A stretch of DNA of 64,000 bases from the NCBI GenBank assembly GCA_045545295.1, contig JAZQAO010000027.1, positions 11,538 through 75,537 of the forward strand, given 5' to 3'. Shown here piece by piece: positions 46,333-56,732 of this stretch. The stretch's first letter is position 1. Every line of letters begins with the position of its first letter. Both the position numbers and the translations under genes were made by a program. Under the pieces are notes generated by a model that saw only the letters and a program-made list of their open reading frames with translations, was not told where the DNA came from and made no database searches. This stretch comes from Clostridia bacterium (GTDB lineage: Bacteria > Bacillota > Clostridia > UMGS1883).

Positions 46333-49191
46333 TTATTCCGAAACTGAAACGTCAACTGACAAAACAGTAGCACTTCCGCCGTCTGAACCTATGCGGAAAT
46401 CACTTCTTAAAACCTGCATATTTCCAAGACAAATATCATCAAGCTTTATTGTTTTCGCCATAACCTTGCCTGTTCCGTTTCTTTTAATTGTATATTCGTG
46501 CTCAGCAAGGAAATTACGGCTTAAGTGCGCGCCTTCATTCCAAGTATAGTATCTGAGTGTGATGGGAGTTTTTCCGTCATCCTTATATACAATTTTAATA
46601 GTTGCAGGTGTATTGTCCTTTTCAACAACTGTTTTCTTCACATCTACATACATTTCTTTACCGCTTGGAATTTTCACGCCTGCAAAAGCACCCTTGCTGT
46701 CATAGAGTGGTTCTACATAATGCTTGAAATTTCCTTTGTAGCTGAAGCTTTCACAGCTTTCAGAAAGGTCGAAGCGTCCGCCCTCTGCACCGTTTTGTGT
46801 AAGGTCAGAAACATCCATCCAACCGATCTGTACATGTGACTTGTCGTCGCTCCACAAACCGAACACGATAAATCTATCGTCATGACTGAACTGTGGGTGG
46901 TAATGACCGGGATTTGCACCGCTTTGCGAAACTCTTGCAAGCCAGTGGGTTTTTCCCGTATAGTTATCAACAAGAATTGCATCAGTCCAGCCTGTCTGTG
47001 CCGAATAGAGGGTATCGCCTGTTGTCCAGCGGTTGTCGTGGCTTACATTACAGTGGGTTATACCTGCTCTTGCATTAGCGGCAGTTACCATAGTAGGGGT
47101 TATATCTATGGGTATATACCACTTATCGGTACCGTCAGGCTTCATCATACAGATATTGCCCTCACCAATTGTGAAATCCTGTATGTAAACCCACGTTTTA
47201 TGGCGGACAAAGCCTATCCATTCACCATCGGGTGACCAGTATTCATGACCTGCCGCCTCGCCTATTCTTCCGCTTGTAGGGTCACCGGGAAGCGGCTGCA
47301 TTGTCCACTTCTGCTTAAATACGTTATAATATTCACCAGTATCACGATTAAGCATCCACACACGGTCATGCTGATTCATACTTTCATTACTGGGAGCAAA
47401 ATATCCCGTATCTTCGTGAGCAAAAAATACATAATTGCTGTATTTGGGATTAGGATTTATACAAACATGGCTGGGATTAGTTCTTTTTGTCGGGAATGTA
47501 TATGAATGTGACATATCCCACTTGAGTGTCTTTAAATCAAGAAGTGCAAACAACGCGGTTGGAACTCCGTTCTCATCCACATCGTCTTCCCAGTAGGTTG
47601 AAAGAAGACTTTCATCATCGTTCACCTGAATAAACCACGCCTGACTGTTTCTTTTTTCTTCGGGAACAGTTGTGACAACCTTTGTTTCGTACGTGGTAAG
47701 GTCTGTCATAATGATTTCGCCGGTAGTGGTAATGAACCACAAATGGTCAAGGGGGGTTACCACGAATGAACATGCAGCACCCTTTTTATAATCACCCGAA
47801 ACATAGCGGCACATTTCCGTTTCAATATTGTATTCTATTATTCCTCCACTGGTGTTTGCATAAATCTTTTTGTTGTCAGAGGATACGCAGTTTTCCGTAA
47901 AATATGACTTTTCCGTATCCTGACCGAATACACTTACAGTATAATAAGTTCTTCCCGTGTCACGGTCAACGTGCTTTTGCTTGGGAAGCTTAAAGGGATG
48001 CTTTTTTACCCAGTTCCATACTGCATCATCACTTGCATCCTCAAAAAGGGTTTTAACCTCAACCTTATCCTTTCCCACACATTCACTAAGGGCATTATAG
48101 CCCGTTTTTTTATGGTCCAGAGTAAGAGCGTTTACCGCAAGACATACAAGGGCATCCATATCCGCAGTTTTTTCAGGTTGGAAAATCATACAGCCGCTGT
48201 TTAAAAGGCCGTATTCTCTTGCAACTGAATAAACGTCGGTATTTTCGTCATTTTCTATGCCGAGAAGGTTTAAATACCATACAATTAATTCTTTTTGTGT
48301 GAATTTCTCATCACCGATGAATTCTGCATCTTTACCGATTATACCCATACTCTTTGCAGTATTGAGATATGTCTTTACTGCACTTTCATCCATGCCGTAA
48401 TAAGCAAGCATTTTGCAAACAGCTTCCTTACGTGTGGGTTCATAATCAAGGTCGGGAGTGAAGTTTTCAAGTCTTCCCTTGTCGTCATAAAAGCCGATGT
48501 TATTGAGGACCTTTGCCTTTTCACCGTTAAAGTTACCTATGTCATCATCAGGACCTGCATAACGACTTAAGTTTCTTACTTCAATCTTTGAAAATGAGTT
48601 ATATGCACCACTTCTTATCTGTAGGTCGCTTCCATCAGGAAATCTGCCGGTAAAGCATCCATCATCGATATTGATGCTTACTCTGTACCATCTTCCCTCT
48701 GTCTTGGCACCGTTTTCCATACCAAGCTTTAATACCTGAAGCGTTTTTACTTCATTACTTCCCTTGGGAATATAGTCAACGTAAAAATATCCGCCGCCGC
48801 CATAGTCCCAATAATCAAATACAAGGGTGAAGCACTGCTCGTTTTCATTTGCAAAATCTTTATCAAATTTAAGGGTAAATATATTGCTTGCATAAACCTG
48901 ACGGGAATGAATTCCGTTCCAGATTGCTGTTTCACTATATTCTCTGTCATTTTTTACGGAATTTCCCGGGGGAACATAGCTCATACCCTGCATTTTTTCT
49001 TCTTCGGAAAAGATTATGTATGCACTGTTTTCCTGCGGTTCATTTACCTCTGTAACCCTTATCTGGTCAGAAGCGTAATAATCACCTGAACCAGCCTCTA
49101 CATTGGTAGCAGGAATGAACGGGGAAACCAGAAGCAATGCCATAGCAAGACCTGCCAAAGCATATTTTCCGAAAAACTTGTATTTTTTCAT
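46333..49191 (-). CDS. Secreted oligogalacturonate-lyase (PL22)-like beta-propeller protein with flanking beta-sandwich domains
   Basis: Signal peptide; YFTENC, FAHE, DRVW, GHEYWSPDG, HPQFS motifs resembling Ogl/PL22. Confidence 0.6.
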   Translation of the reverse strand: MKKYKFFGKYALAGLAMALLLVSPFIPATNVEAGSGDYYASDQIRVTEVNEPQENSAYIIFSEEEKMQGMSYVPPGNSVKNDREYSETAIWNGIHSRQVYASNIFTLKFDKDFANENEQCFTLVFDYWDYGGGGYFYVDYIPKGSNEVKTLQVLKLGMENGAKTEGRWYRVSINIDDGCFTGRFPDGSDLQIRSGAYNSFSKIEVRNLSRYAGPDDDIGNFNGEKAKVLNNIGFYDDKGRLENFTPDLDYEPTRKEAVCKMLAYYGMDESAVKTYLNTAKSMGIIGKDAEFIGDEKFTQKELIVWYLNLLGIENDENTDVYSVAREYGLLNSGCMIFQPEKTADMDALVCLAVNALTLDHKKTGYNALSECVGKDKVEVKTLFEDASDDAVWNWVKKHPFKLPKQKHVDRDTGRTYYTVSVFGQDTEKSYFTENCVSSDNKKIYANTSGGIIEYNIETEMCRYVSGDYKKGAACSFVVTPLDHLWFITTTGEIIMTDLTTYETKVVTTVPEEKRNSQAWFIQVNDDESLLSTYWEDDVDENGVPTALFALLDLKTLKWDMSHSYTFPTKRTNPSHVCINPNPKYSNYVFFAHEDTGYFAPSNESMNQHDRVWMLNRDTGEYYNVFKQKWTMQPLPGDPTSGRIGEAAGHEYWSPDGEWIGFVRHKTWVYIQDFTIGEGNICMMKPDGTDKWYIPIDITPTMVTAANARAGITHCNVSHDNRWTTGDTLYSAQTGWTDAILVDNYTGKTHWLARVSQSGANPGHYHPQFSHDDRFIVFGLWSDDKSHVQIGWMDVSDLTQNGAEGGRFDLSESCESFSYKGNFKHYVEPLYDSKGAFAGVKIPSGKEMYVDVKKTVVEKDNTPATIKIVYKDDGKTPITLRYYTWNEGAHLSRNFLAEHEYTIKRNGTGKVMAKTIKLDDICLGNMQVLRSDFRIGSDGGSATVLSVDVSVSE

Positions 49192-49209
49192 GCAGTTTAC
49201 CCCCTTTTA

Positions 49210-51972
49210 TCAGTCGGCTTTAACACGGATATAATTGATTGAAACATCACTGTCTGCTGTTAAAGTATATGTTCTTACAACGGGAAGCTGTTCAAATTTA
49301 ATCTTCTGCCACCCATTTCCGCTATGTGTCTTTGTTACTGAACCGATTGTAATATCAGTTTCTCTTTCAGCGTAGCAGTACACAATAACAGCACCCTGTG
49401 AACCGATGAGTGAGCTGTCTTCTACAGCAAATTCAACTTCTTCGTCAGCATCAACATCTACGCCGTAAATACCGCTGTGTTTTGTTACGCCGTTACCTTC
49501 ATATTTTCCTTCAAAATCGTTTTCTATATTGCAGGAAATTACTGCACCCTCTTTTGCACTTACAAACGCACCGCTTGCATTTACATATTCCTCAAATTCA
49601 TCAATGGGAAGAACTGTTACACTGTGAACTGTTGCAGCACCCGGGGTAATATCTCTGTCAGAACCGGTAGTACCCTTTACAGTATAAAATTCCAAATGAG
49701 GATTACCTCGTGTGATATTTGTTTCATTAGGTGCAAACCATCCGCCTGCAAGGTCAATAGTACCTCTGTAGCGCTTCCAAGAATTTGAACCTGTAAACGG
49801 AATATAACCTGCCGAGCTATACGCATCAACCTTTATTGTATCTGCATTTCTTCCCCATGACACGTATGTATTCATATAATAACCTGCAAGCTCTGCAGAG
49901 TCAAAATAAACCACCTCAAAGCCAAGCTTGTCAGTATTATTACTCTTTAATGTATTTGCATAGTTAGGGTTGATTCTGAAAGGAATTCTTGACCATACAC
50001 CCGGGCGGACAACGCCTGAATCGTCAAGTCTTTCAATACTTTCGTAAGCATTAAGTCCCATAACTGCAGTAGGTTTATAGGCATTGTAGTAGTTTTTGGT
50101 ATCTACTGCACCAACAAACATCAGCGTTTCATCCGATGAATGTTGCGGCTTTGAAGTACCGATAGATTCTGTTCCTGCAATTATTGTATTTTTCATTTTA
50201 ACAGAGCCCGAAACCTCTTTTCCGAGAATAGACTCTGCCCCCATGGTATCTGTTGCTGTGATTGAGAAATTATAGTCCTCACCAAGAACAAGACCGTTTA
50301 TTTCCGCTTCACTTATAACTATGCCGTTTGTAATAAGCATTCCGCTGTCATACACACCATAGGTAAGGTCTTCTGATGAATCAAGGTCATCAATCGGCTT
50401 GTCCCAGCTAAGGTACGCATCTGTTCCAAGTATTTCAGCCGTTACACCGCCCGGTGCCGCCGGGGCATAGTTACCAAGGGGTGCTGAAGAAGTAAGACTT
50501 TCCCAGATGTAGTAACGAAGAACGCCACCCTCTGCTGTTTTATCAGGCAGAGTTACGGTAAGGGTTCTGTCTTCAACCTGTGATACATCAATATACTCTG
50601 CTGAATTAATTGCAAGTATTTTCTCTGTATCGGGATTTATATAGGTTGCAACAACAATTGCGTTCTTTCCTTCAGGTGCACTTGTAAGTCTGTAGGTTAC
50701 AGTACTCTCACTTCCGTCTGAAGAAACCGTTGGGTCAAGATATGTAATAACATCAGTATCTATTACGGGAATTTCTTCTTCGGGAATTTCTTCCTCCTCT
50801 GTATCATAGGGCGGAACAGTTCTTTCCGTTGGTGCATAGTGAATACTTGCAATTGTAATATTCTTATCTGCAACCAAGGTGTATTCACCTGTTACCATTT
50901 CTTCACGCAGGAAGCTTAAGGTCTGCCAAGAGCCACCGGGGTGTTCCACTCTTCTTATATTGCCGTTTTCTGTTACTGTTATCTTTGTTTTTTCTGCAGC
51001 ATAACAATCTACAACAACTGCACCTTTTTCCCCCGCAAGAGTTGTTCCGGGAGCAGAAAATGTTACTTCGCTACCTGCAAAAATATTTGCACCGAAGCGT
51101 CCGTCAACTTCACCTACTGTTCCTTCGCTTATACTGTAGCCTGCAATAGAGCTTTCAAGCTCATAGGAAATAACACCGCCGTGCTCTGCCGTAAGATATG
51201 TGTCTGATGTTTTAGCACAATATTCATTGAATTCGTCAATGGGAAGCATTGTAAAATCGTGAATATAAGTTGCACCCACAGTAACATCATCTTTATGTAT
51301 TTCTGATGAGCCGACTGTCCCTCTTACACTGTAGAACTTGAAATCTTCACGTTCAGAGCCGTCAGAATAAAAGTTCCACTTCGTTAAATCACTGCCGTAG
51401 TCATAAGTCCAGCGGACACGCTTCCACGTATTTGTTCCCTGATATGCAACAAGAGGAAGTCCGTAATGACCAAAAGACTTATGGACATTGTTTTCAGCAT
51501 TGCTCCATGTCATATAAACAAGAAGCCAGTTGCCTGCCATTTCTGCCGAGTCAAAATAAGTAACCTCGAAACCAAATTCGTGAACGCCTGCGGTTTCAAG
51601 CTCCTGTGTATAGTTCGGCTGACCGTCCACGTGTGCGTGTGAAACTCTGTAAGCTACCCCTGAATATTTTCCGCTTTCCGCATTAAACACTCTTGTCTGG
51701 AATGCATTAAGGCCATTTTTCTTAACAATATTTACACTGAGTGATGAGCCTGCACTCTGGGATATATTGTGTCCTGCCCAGTATACATTTTTATTTTCAG
51801 AATACCATCCGTCAGCTCCCGTTGCTTTTGTTGATGTATCTTCCGGTGCAACAACTGTATTGCCTGAGACATCTGACGGAGCTATACTAAGCTCCGTCGC
51901 AAGGGCATTTATGTTCACGCTCAGCAATATCACTATTAAGCTAACAAGTAAGCATAAATGTTTTATTTTCAT
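49210..51972 (-). CDS. Secreted protein with two copies of an unknown beta-rich domain and an FN3 domain
   Basis: ATG at 51972 (MKIKHLCLL); PAAP..LSWD..Y.FSITATD..G.ES FN3 motif; repeated GFEVxYFDS domain. Confidence 0.65.
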   Translation of the reverse strand: MKIKHLCLLVSLIVILLSVNINALATELSIAPSDVSGNTVVAPEDTSTKATGADGWYSENKNVYWAGHNISQSAGSSLSVNIVKKNGLNAFQTRVFNAESGKYSGVAYRVSHAHVDGQPNYTQELETAGVHEFGFEVTYFDSAEMAGNWLLVYMTWSNAENNVHKSFGHYGLPLVAYQGTNTWKRVRWTYDYGSDLTKWNFYSDGSEREDFKFYSVRGTVGSSEIHKDDVTVGATYIHDFTMLPIDEFNEYCAKTSDTYLTAEHGGVISYELESSIAGYSISEGTVGEVDGRFGANIFAGSEVTFSAPGTTLAGEKGAVVVDCYAAEKTKITVTENGNIRRVEHPGGSWQTLSFLREEMVTGEYTLVADKNITIASIHYAPTERTVPPYDTEEEEIPEEEIPVIDTDVITYLDPTVSSDGSESTVTYRLTSAPEGKNAIVVATYINPDTEKILAINSAEYIDVSQVEDRTLTVTLPDKTAEGGVLRYYIWESLTSSAPLGNYAPAAPGGVTAEILGTDAYLSWDKPIDDLDSSEDLTYGVYDSGMLITNGIVISEAEINGLVLGEDYNFSITATDTMGAESILGKEVSGSVKMKNTIIAGTESIGTSKPQHSSDETLMFVGAVDTKNYYNAYKPTAVMGLNAYESIERLDDSGVVRPGVWSRIPFRINPNYANTLKSNNTDKLGFEVVYFDSAELAGYYMNTYVSWGRNADTIKVDAYSSAGYIPFTGSNSWKRYRGTIDLAGGWFAPNETNITRGNPHLEFYTVKGTTGSDRDITPGAATVHSVTVLPIDEFEEYVNASGAFVSAKEGAVISCNIENDFEGKYEGNGVTKHSGIYGVDVDADEEVEFAVEDSSLIGSQGAVIVYCYAERETDITIGSVTKTHSGNGWQKIKFEQLPVVRTYTLTADSDVSINYIRVKAD

Positions 51973-52004
51973 ATTTTTTTCACCTTCACTGTGCTTTGCG
52001 AAAA

Positions 52005-54464
52005 TTATTTTACTGCCAATTCTGTAGGTGCACATATAGGTACCAATCCCTCAATGCTGCTCCAAAGGAATATTTTTACAGTTCCTGCTACTTTATCTGT
52101 ATTAGCACGGAAGCCGTAGCTTTCAACACCTGTTTCAATGTCTGCAATTCCTACAGTTATAAATGCACCGTTTTCATCGTAGAGTGCCGCAAGAAGCTTG
52201 CTGCCTGTTTCTGCATCAACACCTGCAACGCTTACGTTTACATTATATCCGCGCTCTTTTGAACTGTTTCCGTTTACAATTGCTGAAAGGCTGCTCTTTA
52301 CCTTTACAGAAGCAACTGAAAGGTCGCTGTCAGAAGCAAGAGTGAGTTCTCCGCTTAAATCAACATCTGTAAATACGATTTCCTGCCAAGCACCGCCTGT
52401 AACTGCCTGTGCTTTTCCGTCAAGGGTAACTTCTCCGTCTTCGGCTACCCAACACTTAACTGTTACTGTACCCTTGTTTTCCTTACCGAGCATACTGTCA
52501 ACTGTAAATGTAAGATTACCGTCTGCGCCGAATGCATATCCGTGCTGACCTACGCCTGCACCCTGATATTTTCCGTCTGCACTGCTTGTAATTCCGCATG
52601 AAATAACTGCACCGTTTTCTGCATTGATATATGCATCACCATCTGCGGCAAATTTTGCTGTATATTCGTCAGCAGGCATAACTGTAAATGATCTTACAAC
52701 TGCAGGAACTGTTGTCTGGTCTCTGCCTGCACCCTCGTTTGATTCACAAACCATAAATTCAAAGTTGGGATTACCGCGGCTGGGCTGTGAAGTCCAGGGA
52801 GCAAACCATCCGCCGTATGTATCCCACGCACTGCGATATACCTTCCAGTTACCTGAACCTGTAAGAGGAATATAAGCTACTGCTGACTGTCTGTTTACAG
52901 TATCCTCACCTTCTTCTGCCCAGTCCATATTAACCTTAAGGAACTTACCTTCCATTTCTGCCGCGTCAAAGTATATTACTTCATAACCTACTTCGTCCTT
53001 GCCTGCATCTCTCAATTCCTGTGCATAAGATGCACCCATTCTGAAAGGAATCCATGAATAGGTATCTTCTCTTGTGTTACCGCTGTCGTCTTTTCTTTCC
53101 TGAGTTTTGTATGAGGCAAGTCCCTGAACTACTGCAGGTGTATACCAGCTGTAGTATGTGTTTTTATCTGTCTGACCTACAAACATAAGTCTTCCGTCAG
53201 CAGATGTCTGGGGAGAAGCATATGTAGTTTCTCTGAGGTCTGCAGTAACTGTATTTGCTTTTTCACGGGTTGCAACACCTTCATAATGAATTGATGCAAT
53301 CTGAATATCCTTGTCAGCTGTCAAAGTATATTCGCCGTCTGTGATACAGCTCTGAAGGAATACTAATTTCTGATAAGAATTATCAGAGCCTGATGATACA
53401 GTGGGCTGTAAGTCACCTGTATGAACAAGTGTTGTACCATTAAGAGTTACGTTTGTTTCTTCCTTTGCATAGCATTCAACTACAATCTTACCCATATTAC
53501 CCTTAAGGGCTGTTTCGGGAGCAGAGAATTTAACTTCAAAACCTGCAGGAATCTTAGCACTGTAACGGTTGTCAACACCGCTTACATTACCGTCAATTGA
53601 GTTGTAGCCTGCAATGTTGCTTTCCAATCCGTAAGAAATTACATCTGCCTCTTCTGCAGTCAAATAACTGTCTGATGTCTTTGCACAGTATTCTTCAAAC
53701 TCGTCAATGGGAAGCATTGTAAAGTCGTGAATATATGTAGGACCAACTGTTGCATCGTCCTTATTCATTGTTGATGAGCCTGCTGTTCCCTTAATGCTGT
53801 AGAACTTGAAATCTTCACGTTCTGCACCATCTGAATAGAAGTTCCACTTTGTCACATCACTGCCGTAGTCATGTGTCCAGCGAACACGCTTCCATGAATC
53901 TGTACCTTCATACTGTACAATGGGAAGTCCGTAATGACCGAAGGATTTATGTGCATTATTTTCAGCATTGCTCCATGTCATATAACAAAGAAGCCAGTTA
54001 CCTGCCATTTCCTTTGAATCGTAGTATGTAATTTCAAATCCAAACTTGTGGTCTCCTGCCGCCTCAAGCTCTGCAGTGTAGTTCGGCTGACCATCAACGT
54101 GAGCGTGAGAAACTCTGAAAGCTACGCCTGAATATGAACCGTTATCTCTCTGAACTGTTTCAAAAGCGCTCATTCTCTTCTTCTGAATGATATTTACGCT
54201 CAATGATCCTTTTGCAGACTGTGAAACATTGTGTCCTGCCCAATACACATTCTTGTTAGCAGAATACCATCCGTCAGCTCCCGTTGCTTTTGTTGATGTA
54301 TCTTCCGGTGCAACAACTGTATTTCCGTGTACAAAATTCGGCTCTGACACAATTACCTCTGCACTTGCGGCATCAACCGTTTCTGCACCTGCAAGCACCG
54401 GCATCTGCAGGCTTACAATTACCATGATAATACTGAGTAATAAACTTAATCTCCTGATTTTCAT
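52005..54464 (-). CDS. Secreted protein with two copies of the same unknown domain; paralogue of 49210..51972
   Basis: Signal peptide; N-domain near-identical to that of the neighbour (GNTVVAPEDTSTKATGADGWYS...). Confidence 0.65.
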   Translation of the reverse strand: MKIRRLSLLLSIIMVIVSLQMPVLAGAETVDAASAEVIVSEPNFVHGNTVVAPEDTSTKATGADGWYSANKNVYWAGHNVSQSAKGSLSVNIIQKKRMSAFETVQRDNGSYSGVAFRVSHAHVDGQPNYTAELEAAGDHKFGFEITYYDSKEMAGNWLLCYMTWSNAENNAHKSFGHYGLPIVQYEGTDSWKRVRWTHDYGSDVTKWNFYSDGAEREDFKFYSIKGTAGSSTMNKDDATVGPTYIHDFTMLPIDEFEEYCAKTSDSYLTAEEADVISYGLESNIAGYNSIDGNVSGVDNRYSAKIPAGFEVKFSAPETALKGNMGKIVVECYAKEETNVTLNGTTLVHTGDLQPTVSSGSDNSYQKLVFLQSCITDGEYTLTADKDIQIASIHYEGVATREKANTVTADLRETTYASPQTSADGRLMFVGQTDKNTYYSWYTPAVVQGLASYKTQERKDDSGNTREDTYSWIPFRMGASYAQELRDAGKDEVGYEVIYFDAAEMEGKFLKVNMDWAEEGEDTVNRQSAVAYIPLTGSGNWKVYRSAWDTYGGWFAPWTSQPSRGNPNFEFMVCESNEGAGRDQTTVPAVVRSFTVMPADEYTAKFAADGDAYINAENGAVISCGITSSADGKYQGAGVGQHGYAFGADGNLTFTVDSMLGKENKGTVTVKCWVAEDGEVTLDGKAQAVTGGAWQEIVFTDVDLSGELTLASDSDLSVASVKVKSSLSAIVNGNSSKERGYNVNVSVAGVDAETGSKLLAALYDENGAFITVGIADIETGVESYGFRANTDKVAGTVKIFLWSSIEGLVPICAPTELAVK

Positions 54465-56659
54465 TTTTCTTTCTCCTTTTTATATAAATTTTTAATTAAG
54501 TTACTTTTTTCATTACTTATCTTCTCGCAAAGAAGAATAAGTAAAATTCCAAGCCCGTGACTGTCGTCCTTAACGGAGGAAAGGTCCATATAATACTGCG
54601 GGTCCATACTGCAGCCGGAGCCTTTACATACTCCGAACAATACACCGTTTTTATCCACAAAGCCTTTTAAAAGTGCATCTATAGCTTTGTCTGCATATTT
54701 TAAATAGCTTTCATCAAGCCACCCGAATCTTACACCTCGGTAAAGCATCAAGGTGAACATTGCCGTTCCAGATGTTTCAGCATAACTGTCAGGTCTGTTA
54801 AGCACCTGATGCCACATACCGCTTTCATCCTGAAGTTTAATAAGACCTTCTGAAAATTCACGCAAAAGGTTTACGCCCTCCTTATATGCGTCGCTATCTT
54901 CAGGTATCCTCATAAGAACTTCCGAAAGTCCGAATGCTATCCATCCGTTACCCCTTCCCCATGGGACGAGGTTTTTCTCACCTTTATCCAAAAAATAGAT
55001 GTGTGAGAAGATTTTTTCTTCCGGTATATAAAGTCGTTCTTTAAATCCTCTTATCTGACAAAGAATATCACAAAGAACACTTTCGTCGCCCATTTCTTTA
55101 TAAAGATTTGCAAGAAACGGCATTGACATATAAAAATCGTCCGCCCACATTGTTCCGTGTGCCTTACGGCAAAATGTACCATCAGGAAAACGGCTGACAT
55201 TATTCTGTATGCAGCCCCTTAACTTATGTATCATTGTAAGGAAGCGTTCATCGCCTGTTTCTTTATACGCCGCAATAAAATTAACACCCATTGCACCAAT
55301 ATGGTCAAGTATCTTAAGGTTTGTTGCACCCTCCATAAAAGAAATAATATCTTTTCCGGTAAGCTGATATTTTTCCATATTGTAGTTTGCATAGGCAAAA
55401 TGCTTTGTAAGGAAATACTCATTCTGTATAAAGTAATCCATAAACTTTGGTGAATCTGTGGTCTTTGCGTAGTTATAAACCCCATAGCAGCCAAGCATTG
55501 CCGCATAATACCACTGTCCGGAAAAGCTTGTGTCTGTGTAACCTTTCAGGTCGGCATTTAAAAACCGCCAGAAAACCTTTCCGCCTTTTCCATCATTAAA
55601 AGGTCTTAATACATCTTCAGCGTATTCGGGTTGCAGTTTGTTTTCTTTGTATTCTGTAAAGAAAGGACCACACACCATAAATCTGAAATTATCTTTTCTG
55701 TCAGTGTCAAGAAAATCAAGACCTGTTCCCTCTGAAGATTCTATGTTGAATCCCCACCCGTCTTTTTCGCAATACGACTTAATAAGAACACAGTCATCTT
55801 TATGTAAGGTAATTCTCTTCGTTTCATCTGCGGAAGCTTCACACACGCAAGCAGCATTTACAATCACTTTCAACTCTGACTTTGCTTTTAGTGAAATAAA
55901 TCCATCTTCTTTTGCTTCCGTATAAGAGAAAGCAACATTTCCGTCACCATACAAGGCTTTAAAGTCGTAATCATTTCCTTCGGGCAAACTTTCAGGATAT
56001 ACATATCCGTCTTTTTCAAAGTTGAAAGATTTTTTATATCCTTCCTCTACCGATTTCGAATCTGTGTATAGTGCCGACACGGCAAACCCGTCTTCTTTTT
56101 CCATTCCTTTTACAGGTATTCTTGCACTTGCTTTCATCAGGTAATACACAGGCCACATTCCGAAAACCGTTGGAACGGAGGGAGTAAATTTAAATCCAAA
56201 ACTTTTTTCCGTACACACCGTTTTTATTACAAGCTGTGGCGTTTCATTTTTATTCACCATAACGGACAGTCTTTTAAATTCGCCTGTCCTTTCAAGCTCT
56301 GCGGCTTCTTCAAAGGAAGAAAAAATGCATTCACCTTTAAAGAACACCTCTACCATACCGCTTACATGAAGCCATAATTCACAATCTTTTTCCGTTACAA
56401 TGTTACAGGCAACATAGACAACGTCACCTATTTTGCTGTCAGGATAATATGCCTTTGCATCAAAACATAAATTCGCAGTACCCTTTTCAAAGCAAAATGC
56501 ACTTTGCTGTGTATGAGGTCTCCATTTTATCTCTGCAGATTTTCTGCTGTTTATTATATGTTCCGCAACTTTATCTGCAATTTCTCTGTAGGTTTTACAA
56601 GTATTCATTATACTTTCTTCAGGCGGCATTTTTGCGTCTATATATTCTGCTTCGTTCAA
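54461..56659 (-). CDS. GH105/GH88 family unsaturated glycuronyl hydrolase with N-terminal extension; paralogue of 12050..14209
   Basis: MWADDFYM, WGRGNGW, GMWHQVL, ETSGTAMF motifs. Confidence 0.8.
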   Translation of the reverse strand: MNEAEYIDAKMPPEESIMNTCKTYREIADKVAEHIINSRKSAEIKWRPHTQQSAFCFEKGTANLCFDAKAYYPDSKIGDVVYVACNIVTEKDCELWLHVSGMVEVFFKGECIFSSFEEAAELERTGEFKRLSVMVNKNETPQLVIKTVCTEKSFGFKFTPSVPTVFGMWPVYYLMKASARIPVKGMEKEDGFAVSALYTDSKSVEEGYKKSFNFEKDGYVYPESLPEGNDYDFKALYGDGNVAFSYTEAKEDGFISLKAKSELKVIVNAACVCEASADETKRITLHKDDCVLIKSYCEKDGWGFNIESSEGTGLDFLDTDRKDNFRFMVCGPFFTEYKENKLQPEYAEDVLRPFNDGKGGKVFWRFLNADLKGYTDTSFSGQWYYAAMLGCYGVYNYAKTTDSPKFMDYFIQNEYFLTKHFAYANYNMEKYQLTGKDIISFMEGATNLKILDHIGAMGVNFIAAYKETGDERFLTMIHKLRGCIQNNVSRFPDGTFCRKAHGTMWADDFYMSMPFLANLYKEMGDESVLCDILCQIRGFKERLYIPEEKIFSHIYFLDKGEKNLVPWGRGNGWIAFGLSEVLMRIPEDSDAYKEGVNLLREFSEGLIKLQDESGMWHQVLNRPDSYAETSGTAMFTLMLYRGVRFGWLDESYLKYADKAIDALLKGFVDKNGVLFGVCKGSGCSMDPQYYMDLSSVKDDSHGLGILLILLCEKISNEKSNLIKNLYKKEKEK

Positions 56660-56732
56660 CGGTTCTGCCCCCTTTCTGAAAATTCATACAACTATGGTAT
56701 CTTAATTATACCTTATACCCATTATTTTTTAT

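Noticed and set aside
1608-54464. Canonical cellulosome
   Set aside because: Dockerin-like segments are present, but no cohesin repeats or scaffoldin are recognisable here; cohesins elsewhere in the genome cannot be excluded.
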